A DNA stretch of 49,495 nucleotides from Nemertoderma westbladi (taxonomy: Eukaryota > Animalia > Xenacoelomorpha). Location of the stretch: contig JAUCBJ010002592.1 of the NCBI GenBank assembly GCA_032718475.1, positions 1-49,495 of the forward strand, in the 5' to 3' direction. Numbering within the stretch: the stretch's first letter is position 1; every line of letters begins with the position of its first letter. This document shows positions 26,280 to 37,786 of this stretch, one piece after another. The position numbers and the translations under genes are program-made. The notes under the pieces were generated by a model, which saw only the letters and a program-made list of their open reading frames with translations, was not told where the DNA came from and did no database searches.

Positions 26280-26391
26280 GAACCGGTACTTCTGTAGGTC
26301 AGTAGGCCCAACTGCCAGAACCGGTACTGCTGTAGGTCCGTAGGTCCAACTGCCAGAACCGGTACTTCTGTAGGTCCGTAGGCCCAACTGT
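26280..26391 (+). repeat. 38-bp tandem repeat x3 in the Bel/Pao leader
   Basis: GAACCGGTACTTCTGTAGGTCCGTAGGCCCAACTGCCA recurs at 26280, 26318 and 26356. Confidence 0.85.
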
Positions 26392-26569
26392 CCTAACCGC
26401 TACTTCCAGTATAAGTACATTAGTATTATTTCGATTGTGATCTATTGTATATTGTAGGCTGCCAGGGGAATAGGGATTGATCACCCCTCATTCTTTTGTA
26501 TAGTTTACTTATTTCTGTCAGTTTTATTTCCTAGTAAGTTAATATTGAGCTGAAGACGTGTAAGTCTGC

Positions 26570-27165
26570 TCAGATTGTTCAGATAATTGTAGGCCGGACT
26601 GTTGTCGGATTGTTGTTGGGTTTGGAGAGATTACGGCGTGTGTAGAGTTTGTCCGATAGAGTGCCAGTTAGTAAGTTGGGGCAGCCATAGCTGTAAGGTC
26701 AATCCCCTCTTAAAGAATAAGTCGTACTACCGTGTTAGAACGCATACTAACTAACCATTTTGGAATCTGCACATACTGTAGTTTATTTAGGCTTGACAGT
26801 ATTCTGCCAGCGTTTTGGCCTGTGTTTGTTTGTGTGGTCTGTTCAGGTACCGTAATAGTTATTACTCAGATATTTTGTAGGCTGGATTGTTGTCTAGCTA
26901 TTATTAGGTCTGAAGAGATTGCTGCGTCTGTAGAGTTTGTCCGATAGAGTGCCAGTTAGTAAGTTGGGGCAGCCATAGCTGTAAGGTCAATCCCCTCTTA
27001 AAGAATAAGTCGTACTACCGTGTTAGAACGCATACTAACTAACCATTTTGGAATCTACACATACTGTAGTTTATTTAGGCTTGGTGGTAGTCTGCCAGCG
27101 TTTTGGTTTGTATTTTGTTTGAGTATTCTGTACGGGTAGCGTAATATTTATTATTCAGAGTTTAT
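26570..27165 (+). repeat. 288-bp tandem duplication in the Bel/Pao leader
   Basis: TGTAGAGTTTGTCCGATAGAGTGCC.. at 26641 and 26929, with ~150 bp nearly identical and more diverged flanks. Confidence 0.85.
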
Positions 27166-28482
27166 GCGATTATTCGCAACATTCATGTCCCCAAGTTTAT
27201 TCCTACAGTAATTGTGCTTGTTATATATACCGTTATAGTTAAATTAACCCCGGTACTACACGGGCTGCTTGGCGTAGGAAAAGACTGGTGATTTTGTGCT
27301 TCGGTCACTCCAGCAGATGCCGTGGTTCTTTTAACTGTTCAAGTATATTTAACTACTGATTATTTGTTGTACCAGTACTTGTACCTAATTTAGGGTTTAG
27401 TGTACAGTGCTTTCCGAAGTAATTAGTGTGTAGGCAGTATATTTGTGTTGTAAAGTGGTTAATAGGCACGCTGGATCTGGTAGTCCGCGGTAATTAGCTT
27501 CTAGGTAGGAACACTCCGTGATACATAACGTAGTACCTATAGCGATACGGCTATAGGTCGTCAGGCGGTGGTATTTTCCTATCTGGACAGTGCAATATAT
27601 TTACTACTACTTATTATTTTCAAATACCGTAGTACCCTGTCCGTTGTAATAACCAGAGTTCTAACCCTTTGTTAGGCTGGTGTGTAGACTTCCTGTAAAA
27701 TTACCCTAAAATTTCGTACGTAATATTTTTTGTTGTGTTTAATTAGAGATTTAATCTCACCCGTATCGTAAGTAATTTGTAGTATTAAGTAACTTAGGTA
27801 AATTAGAATTATCTGTTTTAGTGTCACATAGGTAGCACTTCACTGAGAGCGCACAGCTTCTGTGTAGTGACTCCCCCAGAAATAATAACATTTATTTCAA
27901 ATATTGACAAAACCCCTTTTAAACGGGTATATATCTATTATAAATCAACTCAAATGATTTATAAATAGTAGGCCTGCCATACAACAATTAGGTCTCAAAA
28001 TCAGTCGGACTACTGCTTAAATAACGGTAATAAAGTAAGTTAAAAGCAACCAAGTAACCCTAAAATATTCAGAAATTCAATTATTCTAAAATAATTGACA
28101 TACCGGTATTTACCATAGGCTTATTATATTTATTTCTATAAATTTGAGCTGAAATCATACCGGTATTCTGTAATTAATTCTAGTCCAGAATTATACTTAT
28201 ATACTATAAGTGTAAGCTGTATACCGGTATTCACGATAGGCCTATTATATATTTATATATATTTGTGCTAAAATTATATACCGGTACTCTGTGACAAATC
28301 TAGTCTGTAATAATACTTATATATATACTATAAGCATACCGGTATTCTAATATATTATATATATATCACGCTACACTGAGTAGCAGCATCGGTAATTAAT
28401 TATTAGGCTAACAGTGATACTGAATTACTAGACTTGCTTTAACTGTATTTATAGCCGTAGGCATTCAACTGTGTAAACAAAC

Positions 28483-29982
28483 ATGTCAGACACAACCCAA
28501 TCACTGTTGGATAGTCTCTTAGAAAGTGTTAGAATGAATGTTAGACAGTGCCTTAAAAAGATCAGTGACCCAGATCCAAGTATAGAACATCCTAGACCCA
28601 AGTCTAAGTCACCTACTATTGTAAAAAAGGCCATCCCTACAGTAGTAGTGTCAAACCCTAGGCTAGTAAAACAACGTAGGTCTATCATCGGCACTCGGGC
28701 CCAAGTCAAGCGGGATCAAGAAGCAGCTGTCAAACAGCAGCAACATCCTAGCCAAGAACCTAGTTCTCAGCGGCCCGATAGCTCCAGTAGTTCGGATACT
28801 GTTGAGCGGATGCCCGAACGCGGAGCGAAGATGGTGGATATGGTTTATGATGAGCGGCCAACCTATGAAGAATCAACCGACGCCACTTCTTCTCAAGTGG
28901 AAAGTGAAGTGGAAAGCGAAGTGGAAAGCGAATTAACAGCAGCAGAGAAGCCGCGAACTAGAGACGCCATTGACATCTATCTGTCAGACTATCAGCGATT
29001 CCTAGGAGACGAAGAGTTGAGGAGACGACTGTCTGGACTTCGCCCTAATAGTGAAGGAACCAAGCTTGTGTTGGACGCAATCAATGCGGAAATTTTAGCT
29101 GCAAACCAAGCTAAATTTGATGAAAAACTCCGCCTCGCTAGAGTCCAAGAAGAACAAGTAAAGAAAAAACTGATAGAGGACCGAAAGGCAGCAGCAGTAG
29201 CAGCGGCAATGGCAGAAGCAGAAGTGGAAAGAAAGGCGGCAGCGGGAAAAGCAGAAGTGGAAAGAAAGGCGGCAGCGGCAAAAGCAGAAGTGGAAAGAAA
29301 GGCGGCAGCGGCAAAAGCAGAAGCGGAAAGAAAGGTGGCAAAGGCAGTGGCAGAAGCAGAACGGAGAGCGTCTGAGGAGACTACCCAACTGGAGTTGGAA
29401 AATCTGCAAGAGACGCAGGACAACATAAATAAACGGTTAACTGCTAGTCAAATGCAGATGAGGAGTCGATCTACTCCCAAGCGCCAAGGATACACATCAT
29501 CGGAGGAAGGCGAGACCACCGATCCTGAAGGCGGAGGAAATAGATCTCGTCTAAGCAGGCGTAGAAAAACATCTCACCGTCACAAATTGCCTGATTTGCC
29601 CCCAGCGGTTAGAAGACAACTAGCTAGCCCAGACTTAGGTAGTATAGAACCTACAGACCAAATTATTAAGGTCAAAAGACTCCCTACTATAGTTGATGAG
29701 CCTGAAATAATTAGGCCTGTCGTTCCCAAAGTCACTCCTGTGTTAGAGACCCCTGTACTTCCAGAGCTTAACTCTAAATTCCCTTTACACAGTACTACAC
29801 TGCCTGTGCCCGGTAGAACAGTCCATGAGAATATCCCTGTCCTGGAAGCTGAGAGAGAAATCAAAGATTTGACTCCCGTCGTCCCACGTCAGCCCGCTAC
29901 AATGTTGGCGACTCCCGCTTCGGCGGTCGAGTGGGTAGAGGAGGGACGGCGGGGGATGAATCTCCTGCTCGGACAGATGTAG
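28483..29982 (+). CDS. Bel/Pao gag N-terminal extension (coiled coil with 11-aa AEVERKAAAAK repeats)
   Basis: 499-aa ORF in frame with the downstream gag, separated from it by a single TAG. Confidence 0.65.
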   Translation: MSDTTQSLLDSLLESVRMNVRQCLKKISDPDPSIEHPRPKSKSPTIVKKAIPTVVVSNPRLVKQRRSIIGTRAQVKRDQEAAVKQQQHPSQEPSSQRPDSSSSSDTVERMPERGAKMVDMVYDERPTYEESTDATSSQVESEVESEVESELTAAEKPRTRDAIDIYLSDYQRFLGDEELRRRLSGLRPNSEGTKLVLDAINAEILAANQAKFDEKLRLARVQEEQVKKKLIEDRKAAAVAAAMAEAEVERKAAAGKAEVERKAAAAKAEVERKAAAAKAEAERKVAKAVAEAERRASEETTQLELENLQETQDNINKRLTASQMQMRSRSTPKRQGYTSSEEGETTDPEGGGNRSRLSRRRKTSHRHKLPDLPPAVRRQLASPDLGSIEPTDQIIKVKRLPTIVDEPEIIRPVVPKVTPVLETPVLPELNSKFPLHSTTLPVPGRTVHENIPVLEAEREIKDLTPVVPRQPATMLATPASAVEWVEEGRRGMNLLLGQM

Positions 29983-30030
29983 GAGACTGTCCACCAACTT
30001 AAGGGAACAGTAAGGGAAGGTAGGGCCGAA

Positions 30031-31422
30031 TTGCAAGAAGTGCAGCAAAGTATCGCGCTAGAACGCGACAAATTAGTCAACATACAAAAGGGTATACCCA
30101 TACCCCCTGTAACATTGTGTCAGCCTGTTAGGTCTGAAGTATTACATGCGCAAGGTGTGGAGCCTACACGCATCTATACTGCTAGTGAAGTAGAAACTCC
30201 TATAGCAAACCCTATTAAGGGTGATTATAGACCTGTTGTTAATGATATTCCCTATAGACCTGATAATGATCCGAGCAATTTATATACCGACAATTCGATA
30301 TTAAATAACACGATGGCCCAAGAAAGCTTTACGCGTCAGATGGCTAGAACAGAAGCCCGCCAAGCGGTCAAAGTGGGAGAGATCGTCAAATTCAATGGAG
30401 ATGAGATGAAATGGTTACCTTTCAACGAATATTACAAAGACAGCATACAGAACTCTGTGCTATCTAACGGAGAGAAACTTAGGTTCCTCATCAAGAGCTT
30501 GGAAGGACCTCCCAAGTTAATGGCGTTAAAGTTTATTGGACATCCAGAAGGTTTAAGACAAGTTTGGGATACATTAAACATCAGGTATGGTAACAAGGAT
30601 AACATAGCTAAGTATTTGTATGCAAAATTAGTAGCCCCCCGAAACTTCCTTAGTAGCGGGATTATAGAGTTTTCCGATGAGATTCAGGAGATCTGTAGAC
30701 AATTGGACTGGTTAGGTAAGTCTCATGAATATCAGAGTTCCATGGTTATTGGAGCAGTAGTCTCTACTTTACCAAAGGGTGGAGTATGTACACGCTGGGA
30801 CAAGAAAGTGTTGTATATGAATGAGCAGCAACGACGAAGCCCTACCATGGCTGATCTCATGTCCTTCTTAGATAGTGAAGTAAAATTACAACTCATAAAG
30901 CAGTCCAGAGAGAAAACATCGGAAAATAAGGTAAGTGAGAAACCCGTTTCTAGGAGAAAGGTAATACCAGTGTGTTATACTGACGACGGCGAAAGCCAAG
31001 CTTCTCAAGAAGAGGACAGCGGGAAAGACACAGCAAAATCTTACTATGACAACAAGACCTATAAAAACGTAAGTAAATATAAGTCTCGAACCAACGATAG
31101 GAGAGAACAGGTAACAACAACTCCTCCTACGTCTCCTAAGAGAATTCACGGAAGAAAGCCCGAAGAAAGAACGAGAGTGCATAACGTTACCCAAGGTAAA
31201 GTGAGTAACATCAAACCAAACTGTGCGCTGTGCGACGGGCCCCACCGTTTGAGTGTGTGTGCTGAATTCCTAAAGAAATCCCTGGTAGACAGACGTACAG
31301 TCCTGTGGAATAAGCGGTTATGCTATAATTGCCTCAGATCAGGACACCAACGGCGAACCTGTTACTCCGACGTAAAGTGTGCAAAGTGTGGCGCGAAACA
31401 TCACATCTTGTTACACAGTTAG
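30031..31422 (+). CDS. Bel/Pao Gag (DUF1759-like capsid region plus three Cys/His knuckles)
   Basis: KFNGDEMKW..F..LSNGEKLRFL..SLEG..RYG, CALCDGPHRLSVC, CYNCLRSGHQRRTC, CAKCGAKHHILLH. Confidence 0.88.
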   Translation: MQEVQQSIALERDKLVNIQKGIPIPPVTLCQPVRSEVLHAQGVEPTRIYTASEVETPIANPIKGDYRPVVNDIPYRPDNDPSNLYTDNSILNNTMAQESFTRQMARTEARQAVKVGEIVKFNGDEMKWLPFNEYYKDSIQNSVLSNGEKLRFLIKSLEGPPKLMALKFIGHPEGLRQVWDTLNIRYGNKDNIAKYLYAKLVAPRNFLSSGIIEFSDEIQEICRQLDWLGKSHEYQSSMVIGAVVSTLPKGGVCTRWDKKVLYMNEQQRRSPTMADLMSFLDSEVKLQLIKQSREKTSENKVSEKPVSRRKVIPVCYTDDGESQASQEEDSGKDTAKSYYDNKTYKNVSKYKSRTNDRREQVTTTPPTSPKRIHGRKPEERTRVHNVTQGKVSNIKPNCALCDGPHRLSVCAEFLKKSLVDRRTVLWNKRLCYNCLRSGHQRRTCYSDVKCAKCGAKHHILLHS

Positions 31423-31509
31423 TTCGAACGAGACAACCCGAGTCAGGTAAGTGAGCCCGAACTACATGTCCAATTCAGTGATGTAAATGACACTGATCAA
31501 GAATCTGAG

Positions 31510-32655
31510 ATGGAAGGATTCTATACGGACGATTTCTCCGACGCCAACGAATCCTGTTATCTAATCAATACCGCGGTGTATCGAGCACTTACTTATGAAA
31601 AGGACACCGAAAATGAGTTCCCCCCAACTACCTTTAACAGACAACCATCTTGGAAAGCTCCAACTTCCAACGTAGGAATCAGAGAATTTCCTGTAGTGCA
31701 GGTAAGAGTTCACGGTCCTAACAAAAGTTACATAGTGAACGCACTCCTTGACTCCGGCAGCACAGGAACATTCATCGATCAAGAACTAGCCGAAGATATC
31801 TTTGCTGGACAACCCAAATTCCGGACTAAATTGAATATGTCAGGAATTATGCAGGTTTGGAAATCTACCCTAACGGCAGACTACTATGTAGGTGTGTTGT
31901 CCACCCCCCAGGATAAATTAGGAGCACAAGGTATAAGGTCGGTAAAAATGGTGGCTATAAAGAACTTCGCTACTACCCAAGCAGACCTTTATAATTGGGA
32001 CGAGGATGAGAGCATCCAACATCTTAAGATACCTCGATTCCAGACAGATTATCCTGGAGTGCAAATACTCATCGGCCAAAACGCGCATGAGGCGCTCGAA
32101 ACATTGGAGAAACGGCCTGCTCAACCGCAGCCACTACAAACCTATGCGGTAAGAACTAGAGTAGGTTGGTACTTCACTGGCCCTTCCCGTAGAACTCTCA
32201 AAGAGAGATTACCTCAACAACAAGTATACCAAGTAAAGGAATGGGAAGTGGAGAGCAGTGAGGTGGACGACCCAACTGAGGGAACACCATACTCCTCAGA
32301 TAATGACGATATTAACTCCAATGTAGATCAATGGAGACATTGCCTTGGGACGATTAATCCAGCCGACATCGCTTCCAGAGGAGCAACTCCTCAAGAACTG
32401 ATAGATACTCCAGGCTGGTTAGGTGGATCCGACTTCTTAAGTAAAGAAGAAGAAGAATGGCCTCCTCATCTTACCCCGGCGGAGATTAGACAGGCCAAGG
32501 GAGCGGAGAAAGTAACACAACAACTCAATCGCCCAGCTAGTCGTTTATGTTTACTGGAAAGAGACCAAAAACTGTCCGGAAACTATGGAAGGCAAGATAC
32601 TCTTCCTACGACCACTTCCCTAATCCGACAAATATCTAGGGACTCCATAACGTAA
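31510..32655 (+). CDS. Bel/Pao aspartic protease fused to the extreme C-terminal RNase H segment (RT and integrase absent)
   Basis: NALLDSGSTGTF, ILIG, AVRTRVGW, then directly QWRHCLGTINPADIASRG..W..G..FL..WP. No YxDD and no integrase motifs. Confidence 0.8.
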   Translation: MEGFYTDDFSDANESCYLINTAVYRALTYEKDTENEFPPTTFNRQPSWKAPTSNVGIREFPVVQVRVHGPNKSYIVNALLDSGSTGTFIDQELAEDIFAGQPKFRTKLNMSGIMQVWKSTLTADYYVGVLSTPQDKLGAQGIRSVKMVAIKNFATTQADLYNWDEDESIQHLKIPRFQTDYPGVQILIGQNAHEALETLEKRPAQPQPLQTYAVRTRVGWYFTGPSRRTLKERLPQQQVYQVKEWEVESSEVDDPTEGTPYSSDNDDINSNVDQWRHCLGTINPADIASRGATPQELIDTPGWLGGSDFLSKEEEEWPPHLTPAEIRQAKGAEKVTQQLNRPASRLCLLERDQKLSGNYGRQDTLPTTTSLIRQISRDSIT

Positions 32656-33305
32656 TAACATATGGAGTGGGCGTGTGACTATATCATTTTATATTTGTTT
32701 TTATTTTATATTTATGTATGTATTATTATGTAATTTTATTATAATCGTTTCTTTAATTTTATATAGTAGAATGTTATTTTAGTGATTATTTAGTAGATTA
32801 GTGCAATATATTAGTGTTTATTACGTACGTAATTACTTATAATATATATTTAGTGCGACGGCGAGAAATAATTATTTTTCTCTTTCCTTACTGTCCGTAT
32901 CATATTATAAATACGTGACTACAGTAAGATGAAATGTCCGTACTTATTAAAGTACAATAAAGCTCCTACTATACTTAAGTATTATTGGTAGGCAGAGTAT
33001 TAGGAATGCAAAGTTCAGATCCTCGTGTCTCGGCTAAACCAAGCTCTGGGTAGACCTTGGAAACGACTTGCCTCTTCACACTGACATTGCTTCGTGCGAT
33101 ATTGCTCTTCTACCTTATATTAAATAATACATATAGTAGCGTGATGTCCCTCTAACAGTAGCGTAAAAACGCAAATAAATCTGTTAAATCTTTTGACCAT
33201 CTGTAATTCTAGTCGATTAAGGTATCGCGGCACCCACCGATATACTTGAAAGACAAATTCTAGAATCAGTGGTTAACGTCCCCAGACAAGTTCTGGAATA
33301 AATCG

Positions 33306-33818
33306 GTGCCCATCTTAAATATTAATTTAATATTTATTAAAATCTGTCAAAGCGACCTTCATTCCTATAACTTAATCAATTATATCCGTCAGGATCCGGA
33401 CTATGGAGACTTGTTTGTTAACTCACACCCCGAGTTACAGGAAGTATATCGACGGCCTTACGAATACCGAGCCCGCGAACGCGAGTTGGAAAGGACCATT
33501 AAACCCCGGAGGTTTCTAACTGCATATGGTCCACCCACGGCCCTCGTTCAGACCACTCGTAAAGGACCCGTAAGAGCGGCTGTCTTGAAACGAGCTCTCC
33601 AAGCCGTTAGACCTCTCTCCCCTGACGATGATGTCAATCAACCCGGTACTTCGACTGGCGGATACACCGACCATAATCCTACACCCTCTGATGCAATCAT
33701 ATTGCACCCTTCACCCAGGAGTTATAGCCCTCCTTGTAAAGTGGCTCGCCCCAAAGAGAAAAGGACTCTGGCTAGCTTTAAAAAACTGCGTAAACGCCGT
33801 CCGCGCAAGAAAGACTAA
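33306..33818 (+). CDS. Extra ORF of unknown function 3' of pol, with a basic C-terminus
   Basis: 170-codon open frame, more GC-rich from ~33390, ending KKLRKRRPRKKD. No ATG at the start, so possibly a spliced exon. Confidence 0.4.
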   Translation: MPILNINLIFIKICQSDLHSYNLINYIRQDPDYGDLFVNSHPELQEVYRRPYEYRARERELERTIKPRRFLTAYGPPTALVQTTRKGPVRAAVLKRALQAVRPLSPDDDVNQPGTSTGGYTDHNPTPSDAIILHPSPRSYSPPCKVARPKEKRTLASFKKLRKRRPRKKD

Positions 33819-33896
33819 CTGTTTAGAGTATTTACGTATATTAGAAACTGTGATTTTGTATATTTTATAGACTCAAATCCCATTTTCTGGGAGCGG

Positions 33897-35168
33897 TGTA
33901 AAAGCTTCTGTGGGATATAACTGGCCCCTTTTGCTTCGCAATCCAGTTTCCCCCCAGGCGCTGGAATACTCTAAAAAGGTTCTCTAACTGTATATATATT
34001 CCCCTCGCCCGCAAGGTACCGTTACAGGTGTTTTAACGGACATAAAAGTCATTCTTCTATATACGTGCTTTGGCGGACATGGTAAGGCAAAAAACCTGCA
34101 ATGCACCAAATACCTTTACACGGCTTGGCCTTGATGATTCAGATTGCGACATCTAGCAGCTGGTTGCTGGCATGGAAACAGCCATTGGACGCATGGTTCT
34201 TTGTTTGGCTTGAGCCAATCAGAGCGATTTTTTCTGTCGACGTGTAGATATTCGGCCGATGATACTAGGAGTGTTGAGTCTTACTGTTTTTTAGTGATAC
34301 CGTTGTGTTGTTGCTATCTAGGCCAGGAACACCGGCTCTAGAGTCAATTCGTTTTCATACTTTAGAAGAAACATTAGTAGGCTTAAATTATAGAGCGTAT
34401 AACTGTTATCTTGTCACATCATATATCATTCATATCAACTTATCTCAACTAAGTCTTACATTATCGGTTCAACATACATTATTATACTGCTATTTACTGT
34501 TGTTTGGTTGAATATTATTTGGAGAATATTTATAAAGAACCTAAATTTCCCAATTTTCTTGATACACTAAAGGTTAGAGAGACGGGTTATATATAGCGAT
34601 TGCGACTTATATTATTGTGGTTTGTAGTGAATTTAATGCTATTTGATAAGCACTACATGAGTCCATTGCTGTTCTCTTTATATATGATAAAATTCATTGA
34701 CGGTCGGCAAATTAGTGAGCAGTATTGTGTGTTACCGGTAGTGTGCCTGATTGTGATTGATAACTAAGCATTTCCTAAAGAATGCGCCTCATACGTGAAT
34801 CATAAGCCTTACCGACTTGCCGTTGTGATTAGTATAAGTCATATCTCTGTTTACCTAGATAGAGCGCCACGTCCTAAAAGGAACTGTTAATATTTCCCGA
34901 AAGTGAATAATATTAGTCAGAAATTATTTATTAACGATCAATCGAATAATACAATACAGTAAGCTTACACTGCAATAATAATCTAAGCCCTCAGAATCCA
35001 GTCTCCCGGGTATATCCAGCGGGTGAATGGACGCGCACTAGGCTGGCTTCTGCTAATGTTGTGTTTATTGGTATTAAATATTTGTAATCTTCTAAAGTCT
35101 ATTTATAAACCAAAAGACATATAAATTTTGGCAGGTTAAACTGCTAAAGGTCTTCAAAAGCGCGTACA
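33897..35168 (+). repeat. 3' LTR
   Basis: Copy of the 5' LTR; about 7 differences seen by eye. Confidence 0.95.
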
Positions 35169-37195
35169 CAATCCATAGTTATAATTAATATATGATGATC
35201 TTATTAGATTCTTTATATGACGGGTGATAAATTTTTTATTTTATTTCGTGCTCCAAGTCGTAATCTACTGTAGCGCTTGATAAGATTACAAATTTGAATT
35301 AAATAGTTTTATTGGATAAACCGAAATGAGGAATTACCATTTTAGAACTTTTTTGTTAAATTTCAGACGTAACTGTGTTTTAGTGTAGACCTACAGTATT
35401 TACGCGTTTATATCTGATGTGTATATGTAACGTAGAGTAATAATATGATTGTTGATATGTTGTTTATATTAAAAACATTAAGAGTCTCTGTATTAATTTG
35501 TTTACATATGTCATTGTTGGGGGGGGGGGGGGGGGGGAGGGGGCAAAGAGTATCAAACCAAACACATGTGCATACATCACTCACTATGATGATATTGCAT
35601 GTGTTGTTTCGCTTGTCTGATGGGAGGGGGGGGGGGGGGGGTCATCATCTACTTTCATTCGAAGCTAACCACCACTCTTCCCACAACATTTAATTATTAC
35701 TTAAAAAAATTTGCGACGCAGGTTCGAACTAGTGCCTGGAATACATAGGATACAGATATATGCTAGATTTGTAATGCGCATGTTATTAGTTCATTACACT
35801 TGCAAAGTGCTTGCATATATCATCGGTTACATATAAAGCACGTTTATATATCCTGTAATACTTGTCAGTCACATAGCAACAACTTTCTAAACATTATAAA
35901 CTTGCAATGTCCTTTTTATGAAATTGGAAAATTTGTTAAGTACTTTACTCACCATTGGCTTGGCACCAGCGTTGCTAAGCGTACTAAGTATTTCTAAGCA
36001 GACTTGTTTGGAACTTAGGAAATATACTAAGAATTTCAACCCGGGATGTCACTGGTTGTTGTTGGTATATGTGTGTATCTCTACGCTATAGAGAGTTCTG
36101 TTAAAGTGAAGGATGATCCGTTGTCTATTTAGCATCAACATTGTGAGTGATTTCCCATTGGTGTTGCAAATCCTCACTGGTACATCTCCTAATATTACGG
36201 TTTGGCATTTCTTGTCTGTATTGGCTGCTGTTGTGTGTTTCTCGTGGTAAGTATCTATACCATTGAGTCCCTGGACATGTTTCGCATATACAGTATGTCT
36301 GCGTTTTGCGCAATTGTGACAGAGTTGGCAGTTGTGGCAGTCGTGGAAGTTGATCGTGTTGTGTGCCAAATTGAGGTGTATTTGGCAATTTTCTATATTT
36401 GTTGTAGGATTTTGAGAATAGATGGTCCAGCGCGATTTGTTGTTTTTTGGGCTAGTGGGTTCATATACTCTGCTCGCCATGGTCTTTGTTATGAGGTTTG
36501 GTATGTTGGTTTGGGCCAAGATGTCCGGTTGTTCGATTCCCTAAAAGAAATTAATTTTGGACTTGTAGTTCTCTCCCTGTTTGGACTTGTATGTAGTCCT
36601 CTCCCAATTTGGAGTTGTAGTCCTCTCCCTCGTCATATGTGCAAGTCCTCATATTTTTTGACTCATAGTCCACGCCCCGCTAACAACATATCCACACCCC
36701 CATCCTTTTGGACTCGGAGTCCCCTCCTGATTATAGCTGGTAGCATATGATGTGTTGGTTATGTTCGATTTTTGATCTACTTTCGGTCCTTGTTGGCTTA
36801 CTGAAGTTGTCTTCTCCATATATACGGTCTGTAAGGATTTATGTTTGGTATGTTTGATATTTTGAAAGTAATTAAACGCGTTTTCTCGCTAATTATGAGA
36901 AGGGGTACAGTCCATGTGTAAAATGTGTAAATCTGATAGGTGAAAAATATGAAACTCTTGAAATGTTGTGTGAAAAATATGTAAGTGACTGGATATATTT
37001 TCGCAAGGGACATGTCATATTTGATTTGCTAGAACATTTTTTATTGATGCTTCTCCTAATCGACTTTCGTAAACCATTCGACTTCAAACAATGTAAATTT
37101 GTTTTATTTTTTGTCGCTTTAAATTTTTTTAATCTCTACAATAATACAGTACTAGGGTGGTCAAAAAAAGCTGTACCCAAGTAAAGTGCTAAAAA

Positions 37196-37786
37196 ATCTT
37201 TAATTTTTATCAAAACACATCGAAATTTTATAGTCAGAGATTTGAATAGTTTTGGACACTAAATATCAGTCTATAGAGCATTTCACCAAAAAGACAAAAC
37301 TTAGACAAAATTTTTCCCAATGTCTCCAACACCTGACCAGAAAGCATTTGACTGGAAATTTACTTCAAAACTCGTCAATCAAAACTCAATTATTGATGAT
37401 GTTGAAAATGTGCGAGGTAGTAGTACTCAATATATTTTTACCTCGGATCGGGCTGGTTTTCAGATGAAAAACTGCTATTCTTATGGGTTTTGTCTAAATC
37501 CTGAGTCATATGGCCTATATTGCCACATGATGACTCAGTTGCCATATGGCAACAGAGAATAAACAATGATATTTAATGTACGTATTTATCACTAGTGACC
37601 CCAAGGTGACTCAAACAAAAAGTTGTGGCAATCGGTCCATCGTTCTTAATATACCTTAAAACGGGCAGACGGACAAACAGACAGACGGACATTTGATGAC
37701 ATGCTCTATAGACTGATATTTAGTGTTCAAAACTATTCAAATGTCCAACTATACAATTTCGATGTATTTTGATAAAAATTAAAGAT
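37196..37786. mobile_element. MITE-like element with ~85-bp inverted repeats
   Basis: 37196-37281 pairs with 37701-37786. Internal CAGACGGACAAACAGACAGACGGAC tract. Confidence 0.65.

Larger units (their letters stand above)
24944..35168 (+). mobile_element. Bel/Pao LTR retrotransposon, non-autonomous (gag-protease only), recent insertion
   Basis: Two ~1271-bp TG..CA LTRs, 5-bp TSD CAATC (24939-24943, 35169-35173), short purine tract GGGAGCGG before the 3' LTR, and Pao gag and protease motifs. Confidence 0.92.

Noticed and set aside
28992-29426. Minus-strand Ala-, Cys- or Leu/Pro-rich ORFs
   Set aside because: Antisense shadows of the 33-bp coding repeat in the gag extension.
35712-35740. B-box-like GGTTCGAAC
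   Set aside because: No A-box or tRNA fold around it.
36540-36750. GRGL peptide repeats suggestive of a Polinton/adenovirus core protein
   Set aside because: Interrupted by stops and explained by a short DNA repeat; no supporting viral genes nearby.
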